Source: an uncultured virus (IMG/VR IMGVR_UViG_3300027714_000006)
Taxonomy: Duplodnaviria > Heunggongvirae > Uroviricota > Caudoviricetes
Length of the DNA stretch: 64,000 nucleotides
Strand: one strand, 5' to 3'
IMG/VR virus record: IMGVR_UViG_3300027714_000006
Part shown: in pieces, positions 31,067 to 39,611 of the stretch
Position numbering within the stretch: the first letter of the stretch is position 1
Layout: every line of letters starts with the position of its first letter
The notes under the pieces: generated by a model
Seen by the model: only the letters and a program-made list of their open reading frames with translations
Database searches by the model: none
Told to the model about the DNA's origin: nothing
Translations under genes and position numbers: made by a program

Positions 31067-31200
31067 TTTTTAATAAGTATGAAAAAAGTATTATTTAATT
31101 CCCACTTATTAGATATTATCCTACTTTAAGACGGTTTTTTTGAATTTTGTTCAATATTTATCTAAAGTAGAATTAAATTTTTAGACAAAAAACAAATTAA

Positions 31201-34200
31201 ATGGCAAGTAACAGTAATAGAGTATTCGTATCTCCAGGTGTGTATACCTCGGAAAAAGACTTAACATTCGTAGCACAGAGTGTTGGTGTAACAACATTAG
31301 GTTTAGCAGGTGAGACTTTAAGAGGTCCAGCTTTTGAACCTATTTTTATAACTAATTGGAGTGAGTTCTCATCTTATTTTGGTGCTACAAGTGCTGAAAA
31401 GTATGTGGACACAACATTCCCAAAGTATGAGTTACCTTACATAGCAAAGAGTTATCTAACCCAATCCAACCAGTTATTCGTAACTAGGGTATTGGGTTAC
31501 ACTGGTTATGATGCAGGTCCAGCGTGGCAATTATGTACACAAGGGGCTGTAGATTGTAATTCAGTAACTGGTCTAACATGTTCAGCTAGTTCGGTTTCAT
31601 TTGTACTTTCAGGTTCACCATGTACAGTGGTAGGATTAAGTGACGGTAAAATTTATACTGGTATAAATGAATGGTTATGGATGTTTAGTGGTGGGTCTTC
31701 AACAGCTGGAGACTATTCTACGAATCTAATCGCTAGAAGTATAGATAATAACATACCATTAGCTGATGGGGGAGCAACATCATTAAGAAAAGAAATAACT
31801 GCTTTCTTTGATGAGTTATGTAGTGAAGCTAGTCACCCAGGAGGTTTCGACCCTTCAGTATCTGGTGACCCAGCAAATTATCCAAACCAACCAATTAATT
31901 TACCGGGTACACCCCAATACGATAAATTCGTTAGTGCTGCTACAGCCTCTTACACTTTTGGTTGTACATCATCAGGTGATAGTTTAGAAGAAGTATTCCA
32001 AGGTGGTGGTATGAGTCCTTACTATAGTGGTGTTACTGCTCAGAACGCTCTTAGTACTAACTGTGACGATTGGTGTTCAACAGCATCCGAACCATGGTTA
32101 TACGGGTTATTTAATTATAATTCGGATAGTAATTACGACGGTATAGGGTTTAATATGTCTGTTTCCGGAATGACTGATGGTAGTTGGTCTGGTTCAACAG
32201 GTATATTCTCAGGTACAGTACAGTTCTCAACATGTGCATTCTCTGGACATTCATTTAAAGATTTTGATGGAAAGACAGTAGCGACCTTAAGGTCTCGTGG
32301 TCTTAGTAGTCTAGATTCTGGTGGTCCAGTATATGAAGTACCTACAAACGCTGCTTGGGCACACCCAAAATATGGTGGTGGAGCTGGAAGTCCAGGTATC
32401 TCTAGTACAGGTGTAACGTATAATTGTACAGGTGGTACATATAACGCATCACAATCTAACCCATTCGCTTCGTTTGGTTTGGATGTTATGAATGATGATG
32501 GAACTAATTTTGCTTTTAAAGTTTCTATGGGTCAAGGAAACGCTGATTACCTACCAAGAGTGTTAGGTAGAGCTCCTTTTGATAAAGATAGAAAAGAAGT
32601 CCCAATTTTTGTTGAAGAAATATACCCAAATTGGTTAACACACAGTTATAATCAAGGTAAGATTAAAGGAATAAGATGTGAGGCATTGTTTTCACCATCA
32701 GTACAAGAAGGTGGTTCCAACTCTATGGGGTACTACTTAGAAGAATTCCAAACACCAGCTACACCATATGTTGTTTCTGAATTAAGGGGTACAAATGTGT
32801 ATGACCTATTTAGAGTTATTACAATACCTGATGGTGACGCAGCTAACACAACAGTTAAAATATCTATAATTAATATAAGTCTAGAAAGAAGAGAGTTTGA
32901 TATACAAGTTCGTGATTTCTATGACACAGACGCAAACCCGATAGTATTAGAAAAATACACACGTTGTAGTATGAACCCAACACTTAACTCTTATGTGGCT
33001 AAAAGAGTAGGTACATCTAATGGGGAGTACGAACTTCTTAGTAGGTACATTATGTTACAAGTAGCTGACTATCATGAAGATGATGATACTAGATGGAACG
33101 CGGTACCAGAAGGGTTTAAAGGTTACATAACTAGAGCTAATGGTTGTGATGGTGTTTGTCCGATATATAAAACCCACTACGACCAACCAGGTGAATTAGT
33201 TCAGGACCCACCATTTGCAGCACCAACATATAGTTCAGGTGATAAGTTTAGAAGGATATATCTTGGGTTCTCAGATAATATGGGGATAGATAGTGACTTC
33301 TTACAATATAAAGGTAAACCGATGCCAGCTAACGGTAATCTATGTACAAACCAGACATTAAATGATTGGTCGATGCTTTGTAAAGGTTATCATATGGATA
33401 GTGGAGCAACAGTTGTTAAATTCACTTCTCCAGCTCCAGCAAGTATAACTGGAACATCGATGTTTGAAGTTGGTAACGCTTCTTTAGCTACAGAACCTAC
33501 ACAGTCAAACCATCCATACTATAACTTATTCTCACGTAAATTCACGTTCTTACCATATGGTGGGTTTGATGGATGGGATATATACAGAAAAACAAGAAGT
33601 AATGAAGACACTTACATGTTGTCACAAAGTGGATGGAACTACGGGGCATGTTCAACGTCACAATATCCAAACGCTTCAGGTTGGGGTATATTTAGAACTA
33701 GAGGAACAGATGCAGCGAATACAGATTACTACGCTTATTTAGACGCTATCAATACATTCCAAAACCCAGAAGCTGTGAACATAAATGTATTCGCTACACC
33801 AGGTATTGACTACATTAACCATAGTAACTTAGTTGAAGAAACTATAGAAATGATAGAAGCTGATAGAGCAGATTCGTTATATGTTACTACAACACCAGAC
33901 TATAGTATGAACGCTAATACGTTTAATGTAACTAATATTGTACAACCACAAGAAGCTGTAGATAATCTAGACGCTACAGGGATAGATTCAAACTATACAG
34001 CAACTTACTATCCTTGGGTACAACTTAGGGATAATGATAATAATGTTCAGTTATATCTCCCACCAACGTATGACGTAATGAGGAATATAGCATTAACAGA
34101 TAATATAGCCTTCCCATGGTTCGCATCGGCAGGTTATACAAGAGGTATAGTAAACGCGGTTAAAGCTAGAAAGAAATTGACTTTAGACGAGAGAGACATA

Positions 34201-34608
34201 TTATACAAAGGTAGAATCAATCCAATCGCTACTTATTCTGATGTGGGTACTATAATTTGGGGTAATAAAACACTACAAGTTAGAGAATCAGCTTTAGATA
34301 GAATTAATGTTAGAAGATTGTTACTACAAGCTAGAAAATTAATATCGGCAGTAGCTGTTAGATTACTATTCGAACAAAATGACGAACAAGTAAGAAACGA
34401 ATTCCTAGATTTAGTTAACCCAATTTTAGACTCTATAAGAAGAGAAAGGGGATTAACGGACTTTAGAGTTGTACTTTCGGATGACCCATCATTGATAGAC
34501 CAAAATACCCTATCAGGTAAAATATATATCAAACCAACAAGGTCATTAGAATTTATAGACATAGAATTCTTAATAACACCAACAGGTGCTAACTTTGAAG
34601 ATATATAA
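31201..34608 (+). CDS. Contractile tail sheath protein with large insertions
   Basis: FVSPGVYTSEKD N-terminus; C-terminal PWFASAGYTRG, YKGRINPI, WGNKTL, DRINVRRL and KPTRSLEFI. Confidence 0.95.
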   Translation: MASNSNRVFVSPGVYTSEKDLTFVAQSVGVTTLGLAGETLRGPAFEPIFITNWSEFSSYFGATSAEKYVDTTFPKYELPYIAKSYLTQSNQLFVTRVLGYTGYDAGPAWQLCTQGAVDCNSVTGLTCSASSVSFVLSGSPCTVVGLSDGKIYTGINEWLWMFSGGSSTAGDYSTNLIARSIDNNIPLADGGATSLRKEITAFFDELCSEASHPGGFDPSVSGDPANYPNQPINLPGTPQYDKFVSAATASYTFGCTSSGDSLEEVFQGGGMSPYYSGVTAQNALSTNCDDWCSTASEPWLYGLFNYNSDSNYDGIGFNMSVSGMTDGSWSGSTGIFSGTVQFSTCAFSGHSFKDFDGKTVATLRSRGLSSLDSGGPVYEVPTNAAWAHPKYGGGAGSPGISSTGVTYNCTGGTYNASQSNPFASFGLDVMNDDGTNFAFKVSMGQGNADYLPRVLGRAPFDKDRKEVPIFVEEIYPNWLTHSYNQGKIKGIRCEALFSPSVQEGGSNSMGYYLEEFQTPATPYVVSELRGTNVYDLFRVITIPDGDAANTTVKISIINISLERREFDIQVRDFYDTDANPIVLEKYTRCSMNPTLNSYVAKRVGTSNGEYELLSRYIMLQVADYHEDDDTRWNAVPEGFKGYITRANGCDGVCPIYKTHYDQPGELVQDPPFAAPTYSSGDKFRRIYLGFSDNMGIDSDFLQYKGKPMPANGNLCTNQTLNDWSMLCKGYHMDSGATVVKFTSPAPASITGTSMFEVGNASLATEPTQSNHPYYNLFSRKFTFLPYGGFDGWDIYRKTRSNEDTYMLSQSGWNYGACSTSQYPNASGWGIFRTRGTDAANTDYYAYLDAINTFQNPEAVNINVFATPGIDYINHSNLVEETIEMIEADRADSLYVTTTPDYSMNANTFNVTNIVQPQEAVDNLDATGIDSNYTATYYPWVQLRDNDNNVQLYLPPTYDVMRNIALTDNIAFPWFASAGYTRGIVNAVKARKKLTLDERDILYKGRINPIATYSDVGTIIWGNKTLQVRESALDRINVRRLLLQARKLISAVAVRLLFEQNDEQVRNEFLDLVNPILDSIRRERGLTDFRVVLSDDPSLIDQNTLSGKIYIKPTRSLEFIDIEFLITPTGANFEDI

Positions 34609-34637
34609 AAGAAAGTAGGGCTTAGGCCCTCTTTCTT
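34609..34637 (+). terminator. Hairpin terminator after the sheath gene
   Basis: AAGAAAG-T-AGGGC-TTAG-GCCCT-CTTTCTT inverted repeat. Confidence 0.65.
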
Positions 34638-34673
34638 ATTAATTTATATTTATTTGTAAACAAAAAAGAAATT

Positions 34674-35864
34674 ATGAAAGATTTTAAGTACTCAAAAGAG
34701 GAAATTGTAGAAAAAACTAGTGGAAAATTACAAGAAGGTGAAAAAACGTTCTCCGACTTACCACAAAATATTGTTGTAACTGAATCACAATTTGAAAGAT
34801 TAATGGAACAATGTTTAGGTGGTCCAGAAGGTTTTGCTAATTTAGATGGTATGATGATGGACCCTAACGGAATGGAAGGTGGAGACAATGATGGTGAAGA
34901 AATGGTTGATGACACAATTGTTTTGAGTCTAGAAGAAGAAGACGAATTAGATGAAATAGTGAATGAAGCTTACAGTTTAATTAGTGAAGCTATAAAAACT
35001 GAAAAAATCACACTTTTAGAGCAAGGACAATACAATAGAGACCCTGGAGTTGCAGCTGGAGAAGGTATAGAAAATATAATTAACCATGTTAAAAAAGCGT
35101 GGGAATATATTAAAGACCCATCAACAAAACAAAAACTAGAAAATAGTATAGTAAAACTTTCTAATTTTATGACAAAGACTGCAGAACTTATGGGTGCTGG
35201 AAAAGACCAAAGAGGTGTAAGACCAGACTCAGATATTCTACAAGACATACCTTATCCTGAACATGAAACGGGTTATATGGACAATGATGAAATGTTAGAG
35301 TCTATGGTAGATGATGGTTCTGATGAAGATATGGGAGAAATGTATGGAATGCATGACGAAGATATGGACGGTATGGAAGAAGATATGGAAGAAGGTAAAA
35401 AACCTAAACCAGATTACTTAGACTTAGATGGTGATGGTAACAAAAAAGAATCTATGAAGAAAGCAGCTAAAGGAATGTCCGAATCTGTAGAAAAAGAAAT
35501 AAAACTAATGAGTGAACAATGGCAAAGAGTAGTTGGAAATGCAGTTGGTACAGCCTTTGGTACAGCTTTAGCTAGTAAAGCGAGTGATAAAATTGGTCTA
35601 GGTGAAGACGATGAAGAGTTAGGGACTGGTATCTCAGATGACGAAGGTGAGGGTATGGAATACGCTTCTCCAGAAAGTGAAGCTGGTTTAAAAAGAGCCG
35701 TTGATGGTGGAGAATTTTATGAAGAACATGGAAATAGTGCTGAGTTTTACGAGGTTGATATGGACATGAATATGGAAGGAACTGAAATGGATGTAGAAGA
35801 CGAAGAAGAAGGATTACCTTCTGGAGATGACGGAGCTACAGATAATTCAGGAGCACGAACATAA
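34674..35864 (+). CDS. Highly acidic protein with EF-hand-like motif; putative internal head/scaffold-like protein
   Basis: D/E/M-rich; KPDYLDLDGDGNKKESMKKA; IVVTESQFERL motif; TATTTAT at 34647. Confidence 0.55.
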   Translation: MKDFKYSKEEIVEKTSGKLQEGEKTFSDLPQNIVVTESQFERLMEQCLGGPEGFANLDGMMMDPNGMEGGDNDGEEMVDDTIVLSLEEEDELDEIVNEAYSLISEAIKTEKITLLEQGQYNRDPGVAAGEGIENIINHVKKAWEYIKDPSTKQKLENSIVKLSNFMTKTAELMGAGKDQRGVRPDSDILQDIPYPEHETGYMDNDEMLESMVDDGSDEDMGEMYGMHDEDMDGMEEDMEEGKKPKPDYLDLDGDGNKKESMKKAAKGMSESVEKEIKLMSEQWQRVVGNAVGTAFGTALASKASDKIGLGEDDEELGTGISDDEGEGMEYASPESEAGLKRAVDGGEFYEEHGNSAEFYEVDMDMNMEGTEMDVEDEEEGLPSGDDGATDNSGART

Positions 35865-35882
35865 AAAAAATATAGTTATAAT

Positions 35883-35913
35883 AAAAAAGACCCTTATGGG
35901 TCTTTTTTTTTTT
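35883..35913. terminator. Bidirectional rho-independent terminator
   Basis: AAAAAAGACCC-TTAT-GGGTCTTTTTTTTTT between convergent genes. Confidence 0.85.
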
Positions 35914-36202
35914 AAAGAAGTTTTCCGCCGTTATATAGAAATAGGATAAAAATCATTGGAGCAAAGAAGGGGGCTTTTATAAAATGTACGACCACATATA
36001 GATTAAAACCAGACCCTACCTTTCTACACATTCTTTCATATCTAGAATTAGTTAATTCTCCATTTTTTACTAGTTCTAATAACCTATTGTTATATCTTGT
36101 GTTTATGTCACACATGTCTTGATATAGTTCATTTTTATTCATTTCGATAAAAACAATCATTAGAAGTATTGAGATGATGATGTATCCTATTAAGTAGTCC
36201 AT
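35912..36202 (-). CDS. Small membrane protein
   Basis: Hydrophobic N-terminal and C-terminal segments. Confidence 0.6.
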   Translation of the reverse strand: MDYLIGYIIISILLMIVFIEMNKNELYQDMCDINTRYNNRLLELVKNGELTNSRYERMCRKVGSGFNLYVVVHFIKAPFFAPMIFILFLYNGGKLL

Positions 36203-36260
36203 TTTTTTTTATGTTTTAAGGGTTATATTATATTATACGTTACTTTTTGGTGTTAGGTTA

Positions 36261-37268
36261 CTAAATTTTGTGAATTTTCCACACTTCCTCATTTCTTTTT
36301 ATTATGTAGGTACCTCTAGGTAGGTCAAAGTAAGAACAATTATATCTCCTACCTAATAAGTCATGGATAGTCTCTCCATTAAAATAAATATTAGGGTTGT
36401 ACTCAGTAGACTCTTCCGACTGGTCTTCTACTATACTCGTGACACCACCCACACCAACAGTTAGACAAAAAGTATCTCTAGTGAAATATTGTGGTGGAGT
36501 AATCATAATTCCGGTAGAATCGTATACACAAGACCAATCAATATAGTAACCACATGTTACCACACAGACTTCAAAGTAGAGTCCAGTTGTAGGCCATGTG
36601 TACCAGTAACCCCCACACCCACCAATAGATAAACAACTATCAATTAAAGTACCATTAACTGGGTCTTTAATAATCCAGACGGTCCAACACCCAAACGGGT
36701 CCCAATCTGGGTTGTAAGTGTTGGTGTTCCAAGAATCGAATAAAATCGTATTAGGTGGGTACATACCAGTTGTGTCGACCCACCAGTCGTAATGTGATTG
36801 ATATGGTGATGGTGGAGGTCCAACGGGTAGATTATTAACTAAAGTAAAATCATATATGTCAAAATAATTGGTGTCGTTATTAGATACAAATACCCCAGGC
36901 CAATAGTTGTCGTGTGTTATTACCCTGTAATGGGTTAATCCACTTGTGTCCCCACCTAAGTTTGTAAAAACAACAGTATCGTATGTGAAATTCATAGTAA
37001 AACTACCATTAGGGTTCAAAGTACTTAAAGGACTCTGTCCTAAAGGTACCCAACCGAAGGTAGAGTCCATCCATCTTTCTAATGTGTAATGGTAACCACC
37101 ACCACCACCATATGTCGAATAAACAGTAACTTTACCATCCGCCAAACCAACACAGGTAACACTATTATTTATCGTTACCGTGGTTACCATCGGGTTGGGG
37201 GAAAATTGTGATTTAACTAAGGTATTAAAGGAAAGTAAGAGAATAAGTAGTGATAATAGTTTTTTCAT
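36261..37268 (-). CDS. Secreted protein with Sec signal, SprB-like repeat and T9SS C-terminal-domain-like tail
   Basis: Signal peptide MKKLLSLLILLLSFNTLVKS|Q; SprB-like VTCVGLADGKVTV...GGYHYTL; C-terminus GVTSIVE...IHDLLGR...LPRGTYIIK...KIHKI. Confidence 0.7.
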   Translation of the reverse strand: MKKLLSLLILLLSFNTLVKSQFSPNPMVTTVTINNSVTCVGLADGKVTVYSTYGGGGGYHYTLERWMDSTFGWVPLGQSPLSTLNPNGSFTMNFTYDTVVFTNLGGDTSGLTHYRVITHDNYWPGVFVSNNDTNYFDIYDFTLVNNLPVGPPPSPYQSHYDWWVDTTGMYPPNTILFDSWNTNTYNPDWDPFGCWTVWIIKDPVNGTLIDSCLSIGGCGGYWYTWPTTGLYFEVCVVTCGYYIDWSCVYDSTGIMITPPQYFTRDTFCLTVGVGGVTSIVEDQSEESTEYNPNIYFNGETIHDLLGRRYNCSYFDLPRGTYIIKRNEEVWKIHKI

Positions 37269-37298
37269 GTTATTTGTGGGTTTAGTTAGTTAATACTA

Positions 37299-37329
37299 CA
37301 AAGATAATAAATTTTTATTTAATACACAA
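37299..37329 (-). promoter_or_regulatory. Bacteroidota housekeeping-type promoter for the T9SS-cargo gene
   Basis: Minus strand reads TTG-N20-TATCTTTG, matching the -33/-7 consensus TTG...TAnnTTTG. Confidence 0.65.
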
Positions 37330-37354
37330 CTTATATTTGGTATATTTATAGGGG

Positions 37355-38044
37355 ATGAAAAACATAGTAATTAATAACAAACAATTGTTATTTTTAGTAG
37401 AAAATATTAAAAATAAAAAAAATCTAAGTGAAATAGCTTCAGTTAATAGATTGATATTATTAGATGTGGACGATACTTTAGTGACCGCACAAGGCATTTA
37501 CATATATAGACAATTACCTACTGACGAGGAAGAAGTATCCTTAACACCACATGAGTACGCTAAAGAAGACGTTAGTTCAGAAACTAGACAGTATTATGAT
37601 TATAGAGATTTTGAAGACGTAGACTCTATAAAGAACTCAATAACCACAGGAAAACCAATAGTAGCTAATTTAGAGATTATGGATGATTTGTTAACTAGGG
37701 GTTATAAGTTAGGTATTTTGACTGCTAGAGGGATGGAAGACACTGTTTTTGAGGGTTTAAAAGAATTTTTAATGTATAAAAATAAAAATGGTGAGTTAAT
37801 AAAAATTGGTGATAAATTATCGAGAGATTTGGTATTTGCCATAAATGATATTGAAAGAGTTAAGGAGTTAGGTGGGGGTACAGACTATGAGAAAAAAGCG
37901 GAGGTGGTTAAAACGCTACTAGACACATTTGACCAGATAATATTTATAGATGACGACATAAAGAATATAAAAGCTATAAAGGAAATGAAGAGACATTTAC
38001 CTGATGAAGAAAAAAATAAGCTTTATGTTATGACAGCTAAGTAG
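37355..38044 (+). CDS. HAD-superfamily phosphatase with N-terminal leader
   Basis: LLDVDDTLV (motif I), ILTARG, EKKA and FIDDDIKNI; TATTTAT at 37343. Confidence 0.8.
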   Translation: MKNIVINNKQLLFLVENIKNKKNLSEIASVNRLILLDVDDTLVTAQGIYIYRQLPTDEEEVSLTPHEYAKEDVSSETRQYYDYRDFEDVDSIKNSITTGKPIVANLEIMDDLLTRGYKLGILTARGMEDTVFEGLKEFLMYKNKNGELIKIGDKLSRDLVFAINDIERVKELGGGTDYEKKAEVVKTLLDTFDQIIFIDDDIKNIKAIKEMKRHLPDEEKNKLYVMTAK

Positions 38045-38117
38045 AATTAGTGGAAAAAATACTATTAATGTATATTTATAGGTAATAAAAGATTAAATTA
38101 AAAAAAAAAATTAGACA

Positions 38118-38606
38118 ATGGCCGATTTATTGATGAAAATGCCTATTCCTTACGAACCAAAAAAGAAGAATAGGTTTATTATGAGATTCCCGTCATCACT
38201 TGGTATTAACGAGTGGTACGTTTCTACGACTACTAGACCACAAGTTACAGTTAATGCAGTGGAGATACCTTTCCTTAATACTTCTACGTATGTTGGGGGT
38301 AGATTTGTCTGGAATACTATAAATGTTACATTCAGGGACCCAATCGGTCCTTCTGCTTCACAAGCTTTAATGGAGTGGGTTAGATTACATGCCGAGTCAG
38401 TAACTGGTAGAATGGGTTACGCAGCTGGGTACAAAAAAGATTGTGACCTAGAAATGTTAGACCCTACAGGTGTTGTTGTTGAAAAATGGATACTACAAGG
38501 GTGTTTCTTAACGGATGTTAACTTTAATGATTTAGATTATAGTAATGATGGTATTGCTGATATTACAGCAACACTAAGACCAGACAGATGTATATTAGTT
38601 TACTAA
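38118..38606 (+). CDS. Tail tube protein (T4 gp19-like)
   Basis: EPKKKNRF, GRFVWNTINVTFRDPI, YKKD...LDPTG...EKWILQG...LDY. Confidence 0.9.
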   Translation: MADLLMKMPIPYEPKKKNRFIMRFPSSLGINEWYVSTTTRPQVTVNAVEIPFLNTSTYVGGRFVWNTINVTFRDPIGPSASQALMEWVRLHAESVTGRMGYAAGYKKDCDLEMLDPTGVVVEKWILQGCFLTDVNFNDLDYSNDGIADITATLRPDRCILVY

Positions 38607-38661
38607 TATATTGTTGACAATTACAAAATACATAGTATGTTAGTGTTAAAGAAAGTAATAA

Positions 38662-39417
38662 ATGGATAGCACAATGCCTACATATGAACCACAAGTCCCT
38701 TATGATGTTGTAGAACTTCCATCAAGGGGACTTTTCTACGCTACTAATAAAAGTAGTGTTAAGGTTACTTATTTGACCGCTTCAGACGAAAATATATTAA
38801 CTAGTCCTAATATTATTAATTCTGGTAGATTAATAGATACACTTATAAGAACTAAGATAGTTGATAGGGATATTAACGTTGATACCTTGTTAGAGTGTGA
38901 TAAAGAAGCTATCTTAGTGTTTTTAAGAAATACAGCTTACGGTCCGGAATACGATATTAACTTAATAGACCCAGGAACAAAAAAAGAATTCCCTACAACA
39001 GTGGACCTATCTTCTTTAGATTTTAAAAAAATAGATACTGTACCTGATGACAATGGTGAATTTAGTTTTGCGTTACCGGTTTCCAATAAAAAGGTAAAAT
39101 TTAAACTATTAACTGGTAAGGAAGTTGGAGAACTCGCGGATTTAGAAAAAGCCTACAAAGGGTTGGAGTACGCTCCAGTAAAAACTAAATTTTTAGAATT
39201 ATCTATAACTGAACTAGACGGTATGAGAGATAGGGAAAAAATATCTACAATGATTCCTTCTATGCCTATTAGAGATTCCCAAGAGTTAAGAAAATATATA
39301 ACAAAGACAGAACCAGGTTTAGATTTAGAAATTCCTGTAAAAACACCGTCCGGTAGTGTGGTTAAGACCAAGCTACAGTTTGGGACTGCCTTTTTTCGTC
39401 CTTTCTTCGGATTATAG
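38662..39417 (+). CDS. Baseplate hub assembly/tail chaperone (T4 gp26-like)
   Basis: VELPSRGLFY, LTASDENIL, LRNTAYG and C-terminal FF; lies between tube and tape measure. Confidence 0.75.
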   Translation: MDSTMPTYEPQVPYDVVELPSRGLFYATNKSSVKVTYLTASDENILTSPNIINSGRLIDTLIRTKIVDRDINVDTLLECDKEAILVFLRNTAYGPEYDINLIDPGTKKEFPTTVDLSSLDFKKIDTVPDDNGEFSFALPVSNKKVKFKLLTGKEVGELADLEKAYKGLEYAPVKTKFLELSITELDGMRDREKISTMIPSMPIRDSQELRKYITKTEPGLDLEIPVKTPSGSVVKTKLQFGTAFFRPFFGL

Positions 39418-39424
39418 GAGAGGT

Positions 39425-39583
39425 ATGCTCGAAGAGATTTACTATCTCGTCAGACACGCCAATTTTTCCCACAGTGACATTATGAAAATGCCTGTTTTTG
39501 AAAGGAGATTCTATGTTGAAAAACTGCTAGAAGAATTCCAAAAGCGTCAACAAAACATAGAAAAATCCAAAAACAAAAAATAA
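39425..39583 (+). CDS. gp51-like baseplate assembly catalyst (possibly the frameshift extension of the upstream gene)
   Basis: EIYYLVRHANFSHSDIMKMPVFERRFY resembles the gp51 core; ATG at 39425, with the frame open from 39356. Confidence 0.65.
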   Translation: MLEEIYYLVRHANFSHSDIMKMPVFERRFYVEKLLEEFQKRQQNIEKSKNKK

Positions 39584-39611
39584 GTATTTATAGTATATAA
39601 ACATTTGACTT

